From assembly GCA_963662655.2 (NCBI GenBank), contig CAXXTU010000002.1:768001-832000 (forward strand): a stretch of DNA of 64,000 nt. The letters run 5' to 3'. Made by a program: the position numbers and the translations under genes. Below, one piece after another: positions 48,572 to 58,347 of this stretch (its first letter is position 1; each line of letters begins with the position of its first letter). The notes under the pieces were generated by a model. It had not been told where the DNA came from, made no database searches, and was given only the letters and a program-made list of their open reading frames with translations. The DNA is from Candidatus Cloacimonadales bacterium (lineage in GTDB: Bacteria > Cloacimonadota > Cloacimonadia > Cloacimonadales > JAIOQZ01).

Positions 48572-49422
48572 AGGTTCCTCCAATAGACGTTTTCGCGTTC
48601 CACTTCATCGCGGATACCGATCTGGACGTTCTCCCAGAAAGTGGGCTTATCGAGGTTCACGAAGTTGCCGCAGACGATTTCGCCGCTCATATCCAGCGGA
48701 ATGGACGTCGGGTCGGCGTCGTGATCGATCACCGAGCGCTCTTTGAATTCCTTCAGCAGGTCGAGCCCGGTACCGCCTTTATTCTTGCGTGCGAACACCG
48801 TCGGGCACGGCGAAACGATCTCGATGAAACAGAAACCTCTCTTCTTCGCGGCGGTCGCGATGGAATCGGAAAGCCTGCGCACGTGCAGCGCTGTCCAACG
48901 CGCTACGTACGACGCTCCCGCTGCCGCTGCCAGTCCGCAGAGGTTGAACGGTTGCTCGTAATTGCCGTAGGGCGCAGTGGAGCTGTGCGCCATTAGCGGC
49001 GTGGTGGGAGCCGTCTGGCCGCCCGTCATGCCGTAGATGAAGTTGTTCACACAGATCACGTTGATATCCACGTTGCGCCGTGCTGCGTGGATCATGTGGT
49101 TCCCGCCGATCGCGAAGAGATCTCCGTCTCCTGAAAAGACGAACACGCTGAGATCGCGGTTGGCGAGCTTCAGACCGGTCGCGAAAGGAATCGCCCGGCC
49201 GTGCGTAGTGTGGTAGGAATCAAGGTTGATGTAACCCGCGACGCGTCCGGTGCAACCGATCCCCGAGACCACCGCGACCTTGTCGAAATCGACCTCCGCT
49301 TTTTTCAGTCCATCGATGAACGCCGTGACATCCGAGCCCAGTCCGCAGGACGAGCACCAGATATGCGGCATTCGGTCCATGCGGAGCAGATTTTCCATCG
49401 GGTGTTTAAGTGTGTTATTCAT
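48568..49422 (-). CDS. korB: 2-oxoacid:ferredoxin oxidoreductase beta (TPP) subunit, KorB-like
   Basis: WCSSCG, SGIGC, HGRA, GDGD...IGGNH, YGMTGGQ, SPCPT. Confidence 0.88.
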   Translation of the reverse strand: MNNTLKHPMENLLRMDRMPHIWCSSCGLGSDVTAFIDGLKKAEVDFDKVAVVSGIGCTGRVAGYINLDSYHTTHGRAIPFATGLKLANRDLSVFVFSGDGDLFAIGGNHMIHAARRNVDINVICVNNFIYGMTGGQTAPTTPLMAHSSTAPYGNYEQPFNLCGLAAAAGASYVARWTALHVRRLSDSIATAAKKRGFCFIEIVSPCPTVFARKNKGGTGLDLLKEFKERSVIDHDADPTSIPLDMSGEIVCGNFVNLDKPTFWENVQIGIRDEVERENVYWRNL

Positions 49423-50569
49423 AAGCCACCTCTTCTATGGCTTTGCAAACCACGTTGAAATCGTGAATTCCGCCACCCGGGTGCGGTACGGATTTGACGG
49501 ACGCCCACTTGATCGCGCACCGTTCCACCTCCAGTACCATCTGCCCCATATTCAGCTCCGGCACGACAAATCCCTTCACCTTCTGCGCCAGCTCGCGGAT
49601 TCGTTTCTCCGGGAACGGCCAGGCTGTGATCAGTCGCAATAGACCGACCTTGATCCCCTTCTTCTTCGCTTTCTCGATCGCCGGGACCACGGTTCGCGCC
49701 GTGATGCCGTACGCCACCACGATCACGTCTGCGTCTCCGGTGTCGCGCTCCTCCAGCAGGATGATGTCATCCGCCTGGTCCTTGATCTTGTTGATCAGGC
49801 GTGGAATCGATTCGAGCTGGCACTTCTCGGTCATCACCGGGTAGCCGCGTTCATCGTGCGTGAGTCCGGTGGAATGATACCGGTAACCGTCTCCGGCCTT
49901 CGCGAAATCCGGCACCATGTTCTCGCCAATCTCGTACGGCTTGTATTCTCCGGGCGACTTTGTCGTGTAGCGGCGATCGAATATCTCGATCTCCTCTACG
50001 GGCGGGACGATTACCTTCTCGGTCATGTGGCCCACGATTGCGTCGGTGAGGATGAAGACCGGCAGCCGATACTTCTCCGCGTAGTTGAAGGCGACGATGG
50101 TGAGGTCGAACATCTCCTGCGGCGATTTCGGGCAAAGCGCGATGGTCATGTAGTCCCCGTGCGATCCCCATCGGGCTTGCATCATGTCGGATTGCCCCCA
50201 CAGCGTGGGAAGTCCGGTGCTCGGTCCGCCGCGCTGAACGTTTACGATCACGCAAGGGACTTCCATCATGATCCCGAGGCCGATATTCTCCAGCTTTAGC
50301 GAGATGCCCGGCCCGGAAGTCGCCGTCATCGATTTGACTCCAGCCCAGGAAGCGCCCAGGATGCTCGCCATCGAGGCGATTTCATCCTCGAACTGGACGA
50401 ACACGCCGTCCAGAAGCGGAAGCCGGTAGGCCATGCGCTCGGCGATTTCGGAAGCGGGTGTGATCGGATAACCGCCGAAGAACCTGCATCCCGCGGATAC
50501 GGCTCCCTCAGCGCTGGCAATGTCTCCCTGCATAAAGAACTCGCCGTGTAACTTGCTTTTCTTATACAC
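49415..50569 (-). CDS. korA: 2-oxoacid:ferredoxin oxidoreductase alpha subunit, KorA-like
   Basis: GYPITP, EDEI, ATSGPG, QRGGPSTGLPT, TGLTHD, ELNMGQ. GTG at 50569 follows GGAGGG. Confidence 0.88.
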   Translation of the reverse strand: MYKKSKLHGEFFMQGDIASAEGAVSAGCRFFGGYPITPASEIAERMAYRLPLLDGVFVQFEDEIASMASILGASWAGVKSMTATSGPGISLKLENIGLGIMMEVPCVIVNVQRGGPSTGLPTLWGQSDMMQARWGSHGDYMTIALCPKSPQEMFDLTIVAFNYAEKYRLPVFILTDAIVGHMTEKVIVPPVEEIEIFDRRYTTKSPGEYKPYEIGENMVPDFAKAGDGYRYHSTGLTHDERGYPVMTEKCQLESIPRLINKIKDQADDIILLEERDTGDADVIVVAYGITARTVVPAIEKAKKKGIKVGLLRLITAWPFPEKRIRELAQKVKGFVVPELNMGQMVLEVERCAIKWASVKSVPHPGGGIHDFNVVCKAIEEVAYE

Positions 50570-50843
50570 GTGCACCCTCCCTTTCATTATCTGCCTGAAC
50601 GATGAAAATCGCGAAATCCGGGCAGATCATTTCACACAGTCCGCAATAGGTACATTGATCGGAACGTGTCGCTACGGGAGGATGATATCCCTTCTGATTG
50701 AACGCTGTCGAGAATTCGAGAACCTTCCTCGGGCAAAATTCAATACAGTAACCGCACCCCTTGCATCGCTCGGCCAGTATAACCACTTCGCCGGCTACTA
50801 TCTGGGGTTTCGGTCGTCCAAAAGGAGTTTCCCAATACTTCAT
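50562..50843 (-). CDS. korD: 2x[4Fe-4S] ferredoxin-like delta subunit
   Basis: CKGCGYCIEFCP and CTYCGLCEMICP. Confidence 0.85.
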   Translation of the reverse strand: MKYWETPFGRPKPQIVAGEVVILAERCKGCGYCIEFCPRKVLEFSTAFNQKGYHPPVATRSDQCTYCGLCEMICPDFAIFIVQADNEREGARV

Positions 50844-51242
50844 GAAATTCTCCTGAATAATGAGTATGCATTTTGTGATGATAACGGTGATTGTTATTCT
50901 GAATGGTCATTTTGTGAACGTTAGCGCTTTTTGGCGTGAACTGATTTCGATTTGCATGGAAACAACCCATCTGTTGAACGTTCGTTTTTGACAAAAGACA
51001 ACCTTTTTCGTTCTATTTAGTATGATTTCTAATCACTCATTCTTCAGGTCGCATATTGTGGTGAGCCGGTTCGCCCAAGCTCTTAGATCAGAGAGTTGAC
51101 GATTTTAAAGAAACTTGTCAAATTTTTTCTTTCCAAACAGAACCTGACTCAGATTCAGTTTTATACTTATCTTTAATGATTCACGTTGGTTAGATATCGT
51201 TCATTTTTCTGAAAACAATTCACTGCGATAAATTTTACCTGC

Positions 51243-51950
51243 TCAGAAACGGGCTTTTCCGACAGCGATTACCAGAAGGTGATCAATGACAACTCCGATT
51301 AATCCGATCATGACAACATATCGTATCATTTGCGGATACTGGAGGAGAAAACGGAAGTCGAGAAGTCGAAAGCCGATGCCGCTTTGCACGCCCAGCATCT
51401 CGGCTGCGATGATGGAAGTCCATCCCACGCCCCAGAGAATCCTGAACAGGTTTACGATTTCCGGGAGAACGGCCGGGATTTCGATATGGACGAAAACCTC
51501 CATCTCTCCCGCGCCGCAGATTATCGCCTCGTCAATATACTCGCGCGGAACCGAATGGAACATTTCGTACGAAATCACCACCGCGGGAAAGAACATCGCG
51601 ACAGTCATTACCATATAAAGTGGCGGTTCGCCGATGCCGAACCAGATGATCGCAAACGGGAGCCAGACATAAGGCGAGACGTGGCGGACGAAGTTAACGC
51701 CCGGATACAGCAATTGATGAAGCCACTGACGGCTATGCATCAGCTTCCCGATAGTCATTCCGCCGATCCACGAGAGGAAGACGCTAAGCGTCACGCGAAC
51801 CAGCGAAACGGATGCATCGCCAAGTGTTTGCGACAGATCAAGCGGGGCGGAGAATACCTCCGTTAGCGAGATATCAAGGCTGACCGCCATCAGCATTAGC
51901 AATGCCGCGACAAGCAGGTACCCGAAGAGGAAGAAATGCTTCGTTCTCAT
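51243..51950 (-). CDS. ABC transporter permease, NitT/TauT family
   Basis: PFAIIWFGIGE, EAA-like EYIDEAIICGA, IIAAEMLG..SGIG. Confidence 0.85.
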   Translation of the reverse strand: MRTKHFFLFGYLLVAALLMLMAVSLDISLTEVFSAPLDLSQTLGDASVSLVRVTLSVFLSWIGGMTIGKLMHSRQWLHQLLYPGVNFVRHVSPYVWLPFAIIWFGIGEPPLYMVMTVAMFFPAVVISYEMFHSVPREYIDEAIICGAGEMEVFVHIEIPAVLPEIVNLFRILWGVGWTSIIAAEMLGVQSGIGFRLLDFRFLLQYPQMIRYVVMIGLIGVVIDHLLVIAVGKARF

Positions 51951-52849
51951 TTGCCTTGTATGTTGAAGTAGATTTTCCCTGGATCGACGTCACGCTCGAT
52001 GTACCCGGCATCCATCATCGCCCGGAACGACTCCTTCTCGAAATCAATGCCTTCCGATTCAATGCCGCACTGATAATGCGTGTGGGCTATCGAGTTCTCG
52101 AGAAGACGCTTTGGGATCGGGAAGTATTTTAACGCGACGTAGAGCAATTTTTCTCTGTCTTCCTCCATCTTCTTCACACTGTGGGCGATACCCGCCGCAA
52201 GATTGCGGATGTCCTGCTCATGAACACTCAGGGCCGATTCATGTATCACCAGGTCGCAGCAAGGGTGCTTGGGAAAATAGTCACTGTACCAGCATACGAT
52301 GTGGTAATCCTCCCCCATCTTGAAGATGGGCGGCACGTAGAAACTCAGCGCGTCAACCTCTCCCGCCATTAGCGCGGCAGACATCTCGTTGGGCGAGCGA
52401 AACGCGACGAACTCCCACCCCAGTTTTTCCCTCTTCGAAAGCATACGCGCGAAGATATCGATGGTCGAAGCTCGCAAGACGCCAACTTTCGCCCCTTTCA
52501 GTGACTGGATGTCCTTGTGCTCCTTGCTGGTGAGAATGCCGTCACTTTCCCGCTCCAGGAAAGACGCGATTCTTACGGGATATCCCCTGGAGACATCCGT
52601 CCATGCGTATGTGAACGGCATGATCGCCGCGTCGAGCTTCCCGGCGATAAGCGCTTCGTTGACCTCCCAGCCGGAGCTGAAGTAGTAAATGTCGATCGCT
52701 GACGAATCGATGATACCTTCCTCCAGTCCGTAGAGAACCGGCAAGTGGTTCAAAGAAGGCTGGATCAAGCCCAGCGAAAGCCGCTCGGAATTGTTCCCGC
52801 ATGCTGCGAGAAAGACCAGCGCGACCAAAGCGATAACCATGTTCCTCAT
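51947..52849 (-). CDS. ABC transporter substrate-binding lipoprotein, NitT/TauT/NMT1 family
   Basis: Lipobox LAAC, FSSG..VNEALIAG.LD, LKGAKVG, HPCC. Confidence 0.85.
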   Translation of the reverse strand: MRNMVIALVALVFLAACGNNSERLSLGLIQPSLNHLPVLYGLEEGIIDSSAIDIYYFSSGWEVNEALIAGKLDAAIMPFTYAWTDVSRGYPVRIASFLERESDGILTSKEHKDIQSLKGAKVGVLRASTIDIFARMLSKREKLGWEFVAFRSPNEMSAALMAGEVDALSFYVPPIFKMGEDYHIVCWYSDYFPKHPCCDLVIHESALSVHEQDIRNLAAGIAHSVKKMEEDREKLLYVALKYFPIPKRLLENSIAHTHYQCGIESEGIDFEKESFRAMMDAGYIERDVDPGKIYFNIQGK

Positions 52850-52865
52850 AATCACAATCTCCCAT

Positions 52866-52979
52866 AAAAAAAATACCCTGACCGCCTTTTCGGGCAGCCA
52901 GGGTTGCTATAGAATTTCTATATGCCTATTTCTTAACTGTCATCTTATTCCACACTACGCCGTCAAAGGTTCGTGTCAA
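52866..52979 (-). promoter_or_regulatory. Putative promoter and leader ending in an intrinsic terminator just before the SBP gene
   Basis: TTGACA-16-TAGTGT (52979-52952). Tiny ORF MTVKK (52943-52926). Stem ACCCTGGCTGCC/GGCGGTCAGGGT plus T8 (52904-52866). Confidence 0.55.
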
Positions 52980-52996
52980 GTGGATTCTTGCAATCC

Positions 52997-53572
52997 TTAC
53001 ATCCTCCAGGCAAGCATAAGAGACATCTGCGTTTGAGTGATGTCGTACTTCTTCTTTGTAAAGGCTGTTTCGAGCGTGCCGGTTTGATAGCGATAAAGCA
53101 AATTCGCCACCAGCTTGTCCCCAAGCACCAATCCACCGCCAATCGCGTAAAACAAACCGCCGTTGACGTCGCCGAGTCCCTCGTATTGATCGTTGGCATA
53201 CATGAAGGCATACCCGATGTTCAGGTTGATCTCGGGATTCAGCGCTTCATCAGGCAAAAAACCTATCTTGCTCGTGATGTAGACGGGCATGAAGCCGAAC
53301 TTGGCGGAGGAACTGGCCCAATCCGCATCGATTCCACGCTCGAATTGGTATTCTCCCGCAAACCCGAGCATGAAGAAATCGGATAATGGGAAGAGGAACT
53401 CCAGTCCAGGTGACAGCCCGAGCTCTGATTCCGCGTCGCCCTCGAACTCGCTGCCGGAAATTTTGTGCGTGCCGGCGAAATCGATGTTGAACGTGAACTG
53501 CCCCCTCGATTCAGCATGAATCATCATGGTACAAAGCGTGAACAGCACGAAAACAATAACGTATCTTCTCAT
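52997..53572 (-). CDS. Small outer-membrane beta-barrel protein
   Basis: Signal peptide MRRYVIVFVLF, about eight amphipathic strands, C-terminal strand MSLMLAWRM. Confidence 0.75.
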   Translation of the reverse strand: MRRYVIVFVLFTLCTMMIHAESRGQFTFNIDFAGTHKISGSEFEGDAESELGLSPGLEFLFPLSDFFMLGFAGEYQFERGIDADWASSSAKFGFMPVYITSKIGFLPDEALNPEINLNIGYAFMYANDQYEGLGDVNGGLFYAIGGGLVLGDKLVANLLYRYQTGTLETAFTKKKYDITQTQMSLMLAWRM

Positions 53573-53609
53573 GAACATCTCCAGATGCCTATTGTACGAT
53601 GAATGTCGC

Positions 53610-55226
53610 TCATTTATCAAGTTCGATCGTTCGCGTGGCGAGTTTCTGAATGAACCAGCGGTCGTGCGATACGAAGAGGATCGTCCCGGGGTAGCCGTTC
53701 AATGCCTCCTCGAGCTGTTCCCTCGTTTTAAGGTCGAGATGATTCGTCGGCTCGTCCAACAGCAGCACATTGTAACGGGCTACAAGCAGCATTCCGAGCG
53801 CGACCTTGCTCCTCTCGCCGACCGATAGCGTTTCGATTCTCCGGTTGACGATGTCCTCGCCGATGTTCAGGCAACCCATCACGGTGCGAACGAACGATTG
53901 ATCTTCGTGGTTGGCAGTCAGGAAATCGATGACCGTTTTATCCATATCAAGCTGGCGGTGCTCCTGATCGTAATACCCGATGTGCAGCCTCCCGCTTCGG
54001 GAAATTTCGCCTTCATCCGGTTGAAGCATGCCGTGCAGCAATCGCATGAAAGTCGTCTTCCCCGAGCCGTTGCGGCCCTTCAGGTGGATGCGATCTTTCT
54101 TGTAGATGTGCAGCGTTTTATCGCTGAAGATTTGATTCGTCCCATAGGAGAAGGATACGCCCAGTATGCCGAAGACCACGTTGGAGGGTGGTGCGGCGAT
54201 ATCGAACTGGATGCGGTGGTTCTTCTCGATCCACGGCTTTTCGATGGGGAATCGCTCTTCAAGCATCTTCATGCGTTCCTCGATATGCTTGGCTTGCTGC
54301 ATCATGGTGCGCGCGGGATTCACGATCGATTCGTAGATCGCTCCCCCACCTTCGGAACGGGTCTCGGGCTGGAACTTGGATGCCCACTGCCTCCGCTTGA
54401 GAGCCGCGTCGTGCAACTGACGTATCTTCTTCTGGCGCTCGTCCCATTTCTCGAGTTGGTGGTGCTTCTCGTCCTCGCGGGATTCCTTGTAGGTGCTGTA
54501 ATCGCCTCTGCGCATAACGACTCCTTCCCGCTCGAACGCGATCAAGCGCTGAGCGGTGTTGTCGATGAACGCGCGATCGTGCGAGATGGCGATGACCGTG
54601 CCGGAGAAGCGGTTGATGAACTCCTCAAGCCAGCGGACCATTTCGATTTCAAGGTGATTGGTGGGTTCGTCCAGGAGCAGGATGTCGGGATTTGTTACGA
54701 GCAATCGAGCGATCGCCACGCGAGTTTTCTCCCCACCGGAGAGATCACGGTAAATCCGCTGATGAAACGATTCCTCCAATCCCACGTCAGCCAACGCTCG
54801 TGCGCAACGGGCATCGATATCCCAGCCGTTTTCCTGCGAAAACCGGTCCAGAAGCTCGCCGTATTCTCGCTGGACGTTTTCATCGTGGGGATTCGAGGAA
54901 ACCTCCTTCTCCAGCGTGCGCAGTTTGTTACGCATGACAAACAGATGCGCGAACGTTTCCCGGCACATCTCCAATACGGATTTGTCCTCGTCGAACGAGA
55001 AATGTTGCGGGAGGTAGCCGATGACCGGCCTTTCTCTCGGGAAATGGATTTTTCCGCTTGTTGGATTCAGCTCGCTCAGTAGCAACCTGGCGAATGTTGT
55101 TTTACCGCAGCCGTTCGCGCCGATAACGGCGATTCGGTCCCTCTCGACAATGTCGAGCGAGAGATCGGCAAAAACCGGCTCGGATTGATTTGGATAACAG
55201 AATGTAACGTGCTCAAAACGCAGCAT
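53610..55226 (-). CDS. ABC-F ATPase, ribosomal-protection-like (Lsa/VmlR-like linker)
   Basis: Two NBDs (GANGCGKTT/LSGGE/DEPTNHL; GRNGSGKTT/LSVGE/DEPTNHL), no TM domain, long helical interdomain linker. Confidence 0.85.
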   Translation of the reverse strand: MLRFEHVTFCYPNQSEPVFADLSLDIVERDRIAVIGANGCGKTTFARLLLSELNPTSGKIHFPRERPVIGYLPQHFSFDEDKSVLEMCRETFAHLFVMRNKLRTLEKEVSSNPHDENVQREYGELLDRFSQENGWDIDARCARALADVGLEESFHQRIYRDLSGGEKTRVAIARLLVTNPDILLLDEPTNHLEIEMVRWLEEFINRFSGTVIAISHDRAFIDNTAQRLIAFEREGVVMRRGDYSTYKESREDEKHHQLEKWDERQKKIRQLHDAALKRRQWASKFQPETRSEGGGAIYESIVNPARTMMQQAKHIEERMKMLEERFPIEKPWIEKNHRIQFDIAAPPSNVVFGILGVSFSYGTNQIFSDKTLHIYKKDRIHLKGRNGSGKTTFMRLLHGMLQPDEGEISRSGRLHIGYYDQEHRQLDMDKTVIDFLTANHEDQSFVRTVMGCLNIGEDIVNRRIETLSVGERSKVALGMLLVARYNVLLLDEPTNHLDLKTREQLEEALNGYPGTILFVSHDRWFIQKLATRTIELDK

Positions 55227-55306
55227 AAGTACTCCTTCCCTGTAAAAATGTCTTTCTGTATTCGGGAGTCGTACTTATTCTTTCATTGGTTCTTCCAACC
55301 TTCCTT
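55227..55306 (-). promoter_or_regulatory. Putative translational attenuator with 3-codon leader ORF (Met-Lys-Glu)
   Basis: ATGAAAGAATAA at 55286-55275 behind purine-rich RBS-like tracts. AAGTACGACTCCC can pair with GGGAAGGAGTACTT covering the ABC-F RBS. Confidence 0.55.
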
Positions 55307-55496
55307 TCGCGTTTCTGATGACAAATTATTCATTTGGGCAAAACGCGCAAGCATTTTATTGAGTCGAATGTAACTTATCAGGAACAGAAGATTGAATGTT
55401 TGGTGAGGGGTTTCACCATTTTTCATTGACAGATTCGACGAGAATGAACAAGTTTAATATCCAGTATTTCCTAATTTGGTGCAAAGGTGTAATTGA

Positions 55497-57125
55497 ATGG
55501 CTTATAAGGTTTTAGCAAGAAAGTACAGGCCGCAGCGCTTCGATGATGTGTATGCTCAGGAACATATCACGAAGACGCTCACGAACGCGATTAATATGCA
55601 ACGCATCGCGCACGCGTATCTATTTACGGGACCTCGCGGCGTTGGCAAGACATCCATGGCGCGGATCCTCGCAAAAAGCCTCAATTGCATCCACGGCCCC
55701 ACCCCCGCCCCCTGCAACGTTTGCGATAACTGCACGGAAATCACGGCGGGAACATCCTCGGATGTGATCGAAATCGACGGCGCTTCCAACACGAGCGTGG
55801 AGGATGTCCGCGATCTCCAGCGCGAGCTGATGTACGCCACTTCGAAATCGAAGTATAAAATCTACATTATTGACGAAGTTCACATGCTATCCAAGAGCGC
55901 ATTCAACGCGCTGCTCAAAACGCTCGAAGAGCCACCCGAGAACGTGATTTTCATCTTCGCGACGACCGAGCCGCACAAGATTCTGCCGACCATCATCTCC
56001 CGCTGCCAGCGATACGATTTCAAACGTATTCCCGTGGAAGACATCGTAAAACAGATGAAGGCCATCGGCGAATCGGAAGAGATCACCATCGAAGAGGACG
56101 CGCTTTACACCGTGGCTCGCAAGGCCGACGGCAGTATGCGAGACGCCCTCTCCCTGATGGATCAGGTGATCTCCTACGGCAGCTCGCAAATCACCGGTGA
56201 ACTGGTGCAGTCCATCTTCGGCATCCTCCCCATCGAGACCTACATCGATATGCTGGACAGAATCCAGAAACGCGATTCGACGGGACTATTGGTCAGCCTG
56301 CGCTTGCTTCTCGACAACGGCAACGATTTGCAGGAATTCCTCAACGGTTTTCTGGACACGATCCGCAACTTGTTGCTGCTCAAGATCGGCGTGAACCTGC
56401 ACGAGCTCCCGAAAACGATCGTCCGCGAATTGAAATTCCGGGGCGAGAAGTTCACCGAAAACGATCTGCTCTACATGATCTCGCTGCTGATCAAGGCAAA
56501 GACGGACGCGCGTTTCGGAAGCGACCCGGTGCTCCTGACCGAGATGGTATTCATCAAACTCACACGCATCTCGGAAATCCAGTCATTGGACAAGATGCTC
56601 GAACTCCTCGATAAACAGCCATCTCCGCAACCGCAGGAACAGGAATCGTTCGCCCAGGTTCAAAAAGAGATTTTGCATTACACAAAGGAGCGAGAGACGG
56701 AGAACCTGGTTAAGGAAGTGACCGAGGAGAAGCCTGCGATTCAGGAGCTTACCCCCGAATACGTGCAGAACAACTGGGAGGGATTGATCAAGAAGCTCGA
56801 GAAAGAGCGCAAGAAACTCTCGTCGATATACCTCCAGGAAGGAACCGTTCTCGATGTCCGCTCCAACACGATCATGGTCGAGCTGAAGAGCCCCACCGCG
56901 ATCAACTCGCTTGAACGGAGCATCGATGATATACAGGCGTGCGCCCAGAAACATTTCGGCATCAAGCCCCGTTTCAAATTCACGGTGAAGGAAGCTGAAG
57001 AGGAGCAGTACATTCTGAATCCCACCCTCGAACAGATACGCGAAGAGACGCCGGAGCTCGCCGATTTCATCGAAATGACCAAATCGAAGGTCGAATCCCG
57101 CACGCCCACGAAATTCAAGCAATAA
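55497..57125 (+). CDS. dnaX: DNA polymerase III subunit gamma/tau
   Basis: LARKYRP, GPRGVGKT, EIDGAS, IIDEVHML, SRCQ, GSMRDA. Confidence 0.96.
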   Translation: MAYKVLARKYRPQRFDDVYAQEHITKTLTNAINMQRIAHAYLFTGPRGVGKTSMARILAKSLNCIHGPTPAPCNVCDNCTEITAGTSSDVIEIDGASNTSVEDVRDLQRELMYATSKSKYKIYIIDEVHMLSKSAFNALLKTLEEPPENVIFIFATTEPHKILPTIISRCQRYDFKRIPVEDIVKQMKAIGESEEITIEEDALYTVARKADGSMRDALSLMDQVISYGSSQITGELVQSIFGILPIETYIDMLDRIQKRDSTGLLVSLRLLLDNGNDLQEFLNGFLDTIRNLLLLKIGVNLHELPKTIVRELKFRGEKFTENDLLYMISLLIKAKTDARFGSDPVLLTEMVFIKLTRISEIQSLDKMLELLDKQPSPQPQEQESFAQVQKEILHYTKERETENLVKEVTEEKPAIQELTPEYVQNNWEGLIKKLEKERKKLSSIYLQEGTVLDVRSNTIMVELKSPTAINSLERSIDDIQACAQKHFGIKPRFKFTVKEAEEEQYILNPTLEQIREETPELADFIEMTKSKVESRTPTKFKQ

Positions 57126-58216
57126 TGGTAACGCTCTTCGTTCTGACCTGGCTATACGTTTTTCTGCTGCTCTTCCTCGCCTTTGGGATTCTCCTCAATC
57201 GCAAGCCCGATCATCAATTCATCCGGAAAATTTCTGTCATCATAGCCGCCCGGAACGAGGAGAAGGATATCCCCCATCTTCTGGATGCGCTTTCGAAGCA
57301 GGATTACCCCCCCGACCAATTCGAGGTCGTCCTCGCCGACGACCGTTCCGAGGACGCGACATACAGTATCATGCAGGCGTTTTCCGAGAAGTTCGAGAAT
57401 TTCTCCTGCGTGAGAGTTACCGATAGCGACGAGGGATTTCCCGGAAAGAAACGCGCGCTGGACAAGGCGATCAGGCATTCCAGCGGCGATATACTGGCTT
57501 TCACCGACGCGGATTGCCGCCCGGGGGCAAGCTGGCTGAGCGAGGTTAACGGCCACTTCGACATGGACAAGGATTTCATTGCGGGGTATTCTCCGCTGAT
57601 AACCTCCTCCGGAAAATTCATCGACGGCTTGAAGAACCTCGAGAGAGCCTCCATCTTCGCCGTATCGGCAGGAAGCATGGGCTGGAATTGGGGTATGACC
57701 TGCACCGCGCGTAACATCGCTTATACCCGCAAACTCTACAACGAGGTCGAAGGATTTTCCGGTATCGACCACATCCTCTCCGGCGACGACGACCTCATGC
57801 TGCAGAAGGTATCCAAATCATGCACATCCAAGCGATTCATGTTCACGCAGGAATCTATCGTCCCATCCTACGAGAACGACGACCTCTCCGTTCAGTTTCA
57901 GCGTGAGCAGAGACGGGCTTCAAAATTCATGTCGTATTCATCTAGCGTCAAATGGGTTGCAATACTCGTTCTCGTGTATTACTTCAGCATGATAGTCAGC
58001 TTGATTCCTCTTGCATGCGGTTACAATAGCTGGGCGCTTTATTTCAAGTTGTTTGGACTGAAAGCGGCCTCGGAGCTGCTGCTGCTCAGCATTTTTCTTA
58101 TCCGGATCAAGCGCATCGAGTATCTGCGATGTTTCCTCCCCGCGGAGATTCTCTATATACCTTATTTTATCTATTTCGGAATCCGCGGCACGCTGGGCAA
58201 GTACCGCTGGAGATAA
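57125..58216 (+). CDS. Membrane glycosyltransferase family 2
   Basis: SVIIAARNEE, DDRSED, GKKRAL, FTDAD, SGDDD, QRR motif, terminal TM helices. Confidence 0.88.
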   Translation: MVTLFVLTWLYVFLLLFLAFGILLNRKPDHQFIRKISVIIAARNEEKDIPHLLDALSKQDYPPDQFEVVLADDRSEDATYSIMQAFSEKFENFSCVRVTDSDEGFPGKKRALDKAIRHSSGDILAFTDADCRPGASWLSEVNGHFDMDKDFIAGYSPLITSSGKFIDGLKNLERASIFAVSAGSMGWNWGMTCTARNIAYTRKLYNEVEGFSGIDHILSGDDDLMLQKVSKSCTSKRFMFTQESIVPSYENDDLSVQFQREQRRASKFMSYSSSVKWVAILVLVYYFSMIVSLIPLACGYNSWALYFKLFGLKAASELLLLSIFLIRIKRIEYLRCFLPAEILYIPYFIYFGIRGTLGKYRWR

Positions 58217-58347
58217 CCGGTTAAAATAACATCAACGATGCCATCGCTATAACCGAATATATTCCGAAAAAAAGATATTCTCGTTGACAATTAGAGCCAA
58301 AGAAGTAAGGGGTGTCACAATAAAGAAGAACTAGAAAGGAGTAAGTC

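Noticed and set aside
50850..51240. Rex-type operator or hidden gene upstream of the kor-hdr-mvh operon
   Set aside because: Only TTGTGA half-sites without a matching palindromic half were found, and the short ORFs here lack support.
56655..56700. dnaX programmed -1 frameshift site
   Set aside because: Only CAAAAAGAG (A5G) is present, not the A6G heptamer, and no clear downstream stimulatory hairpin was seen.
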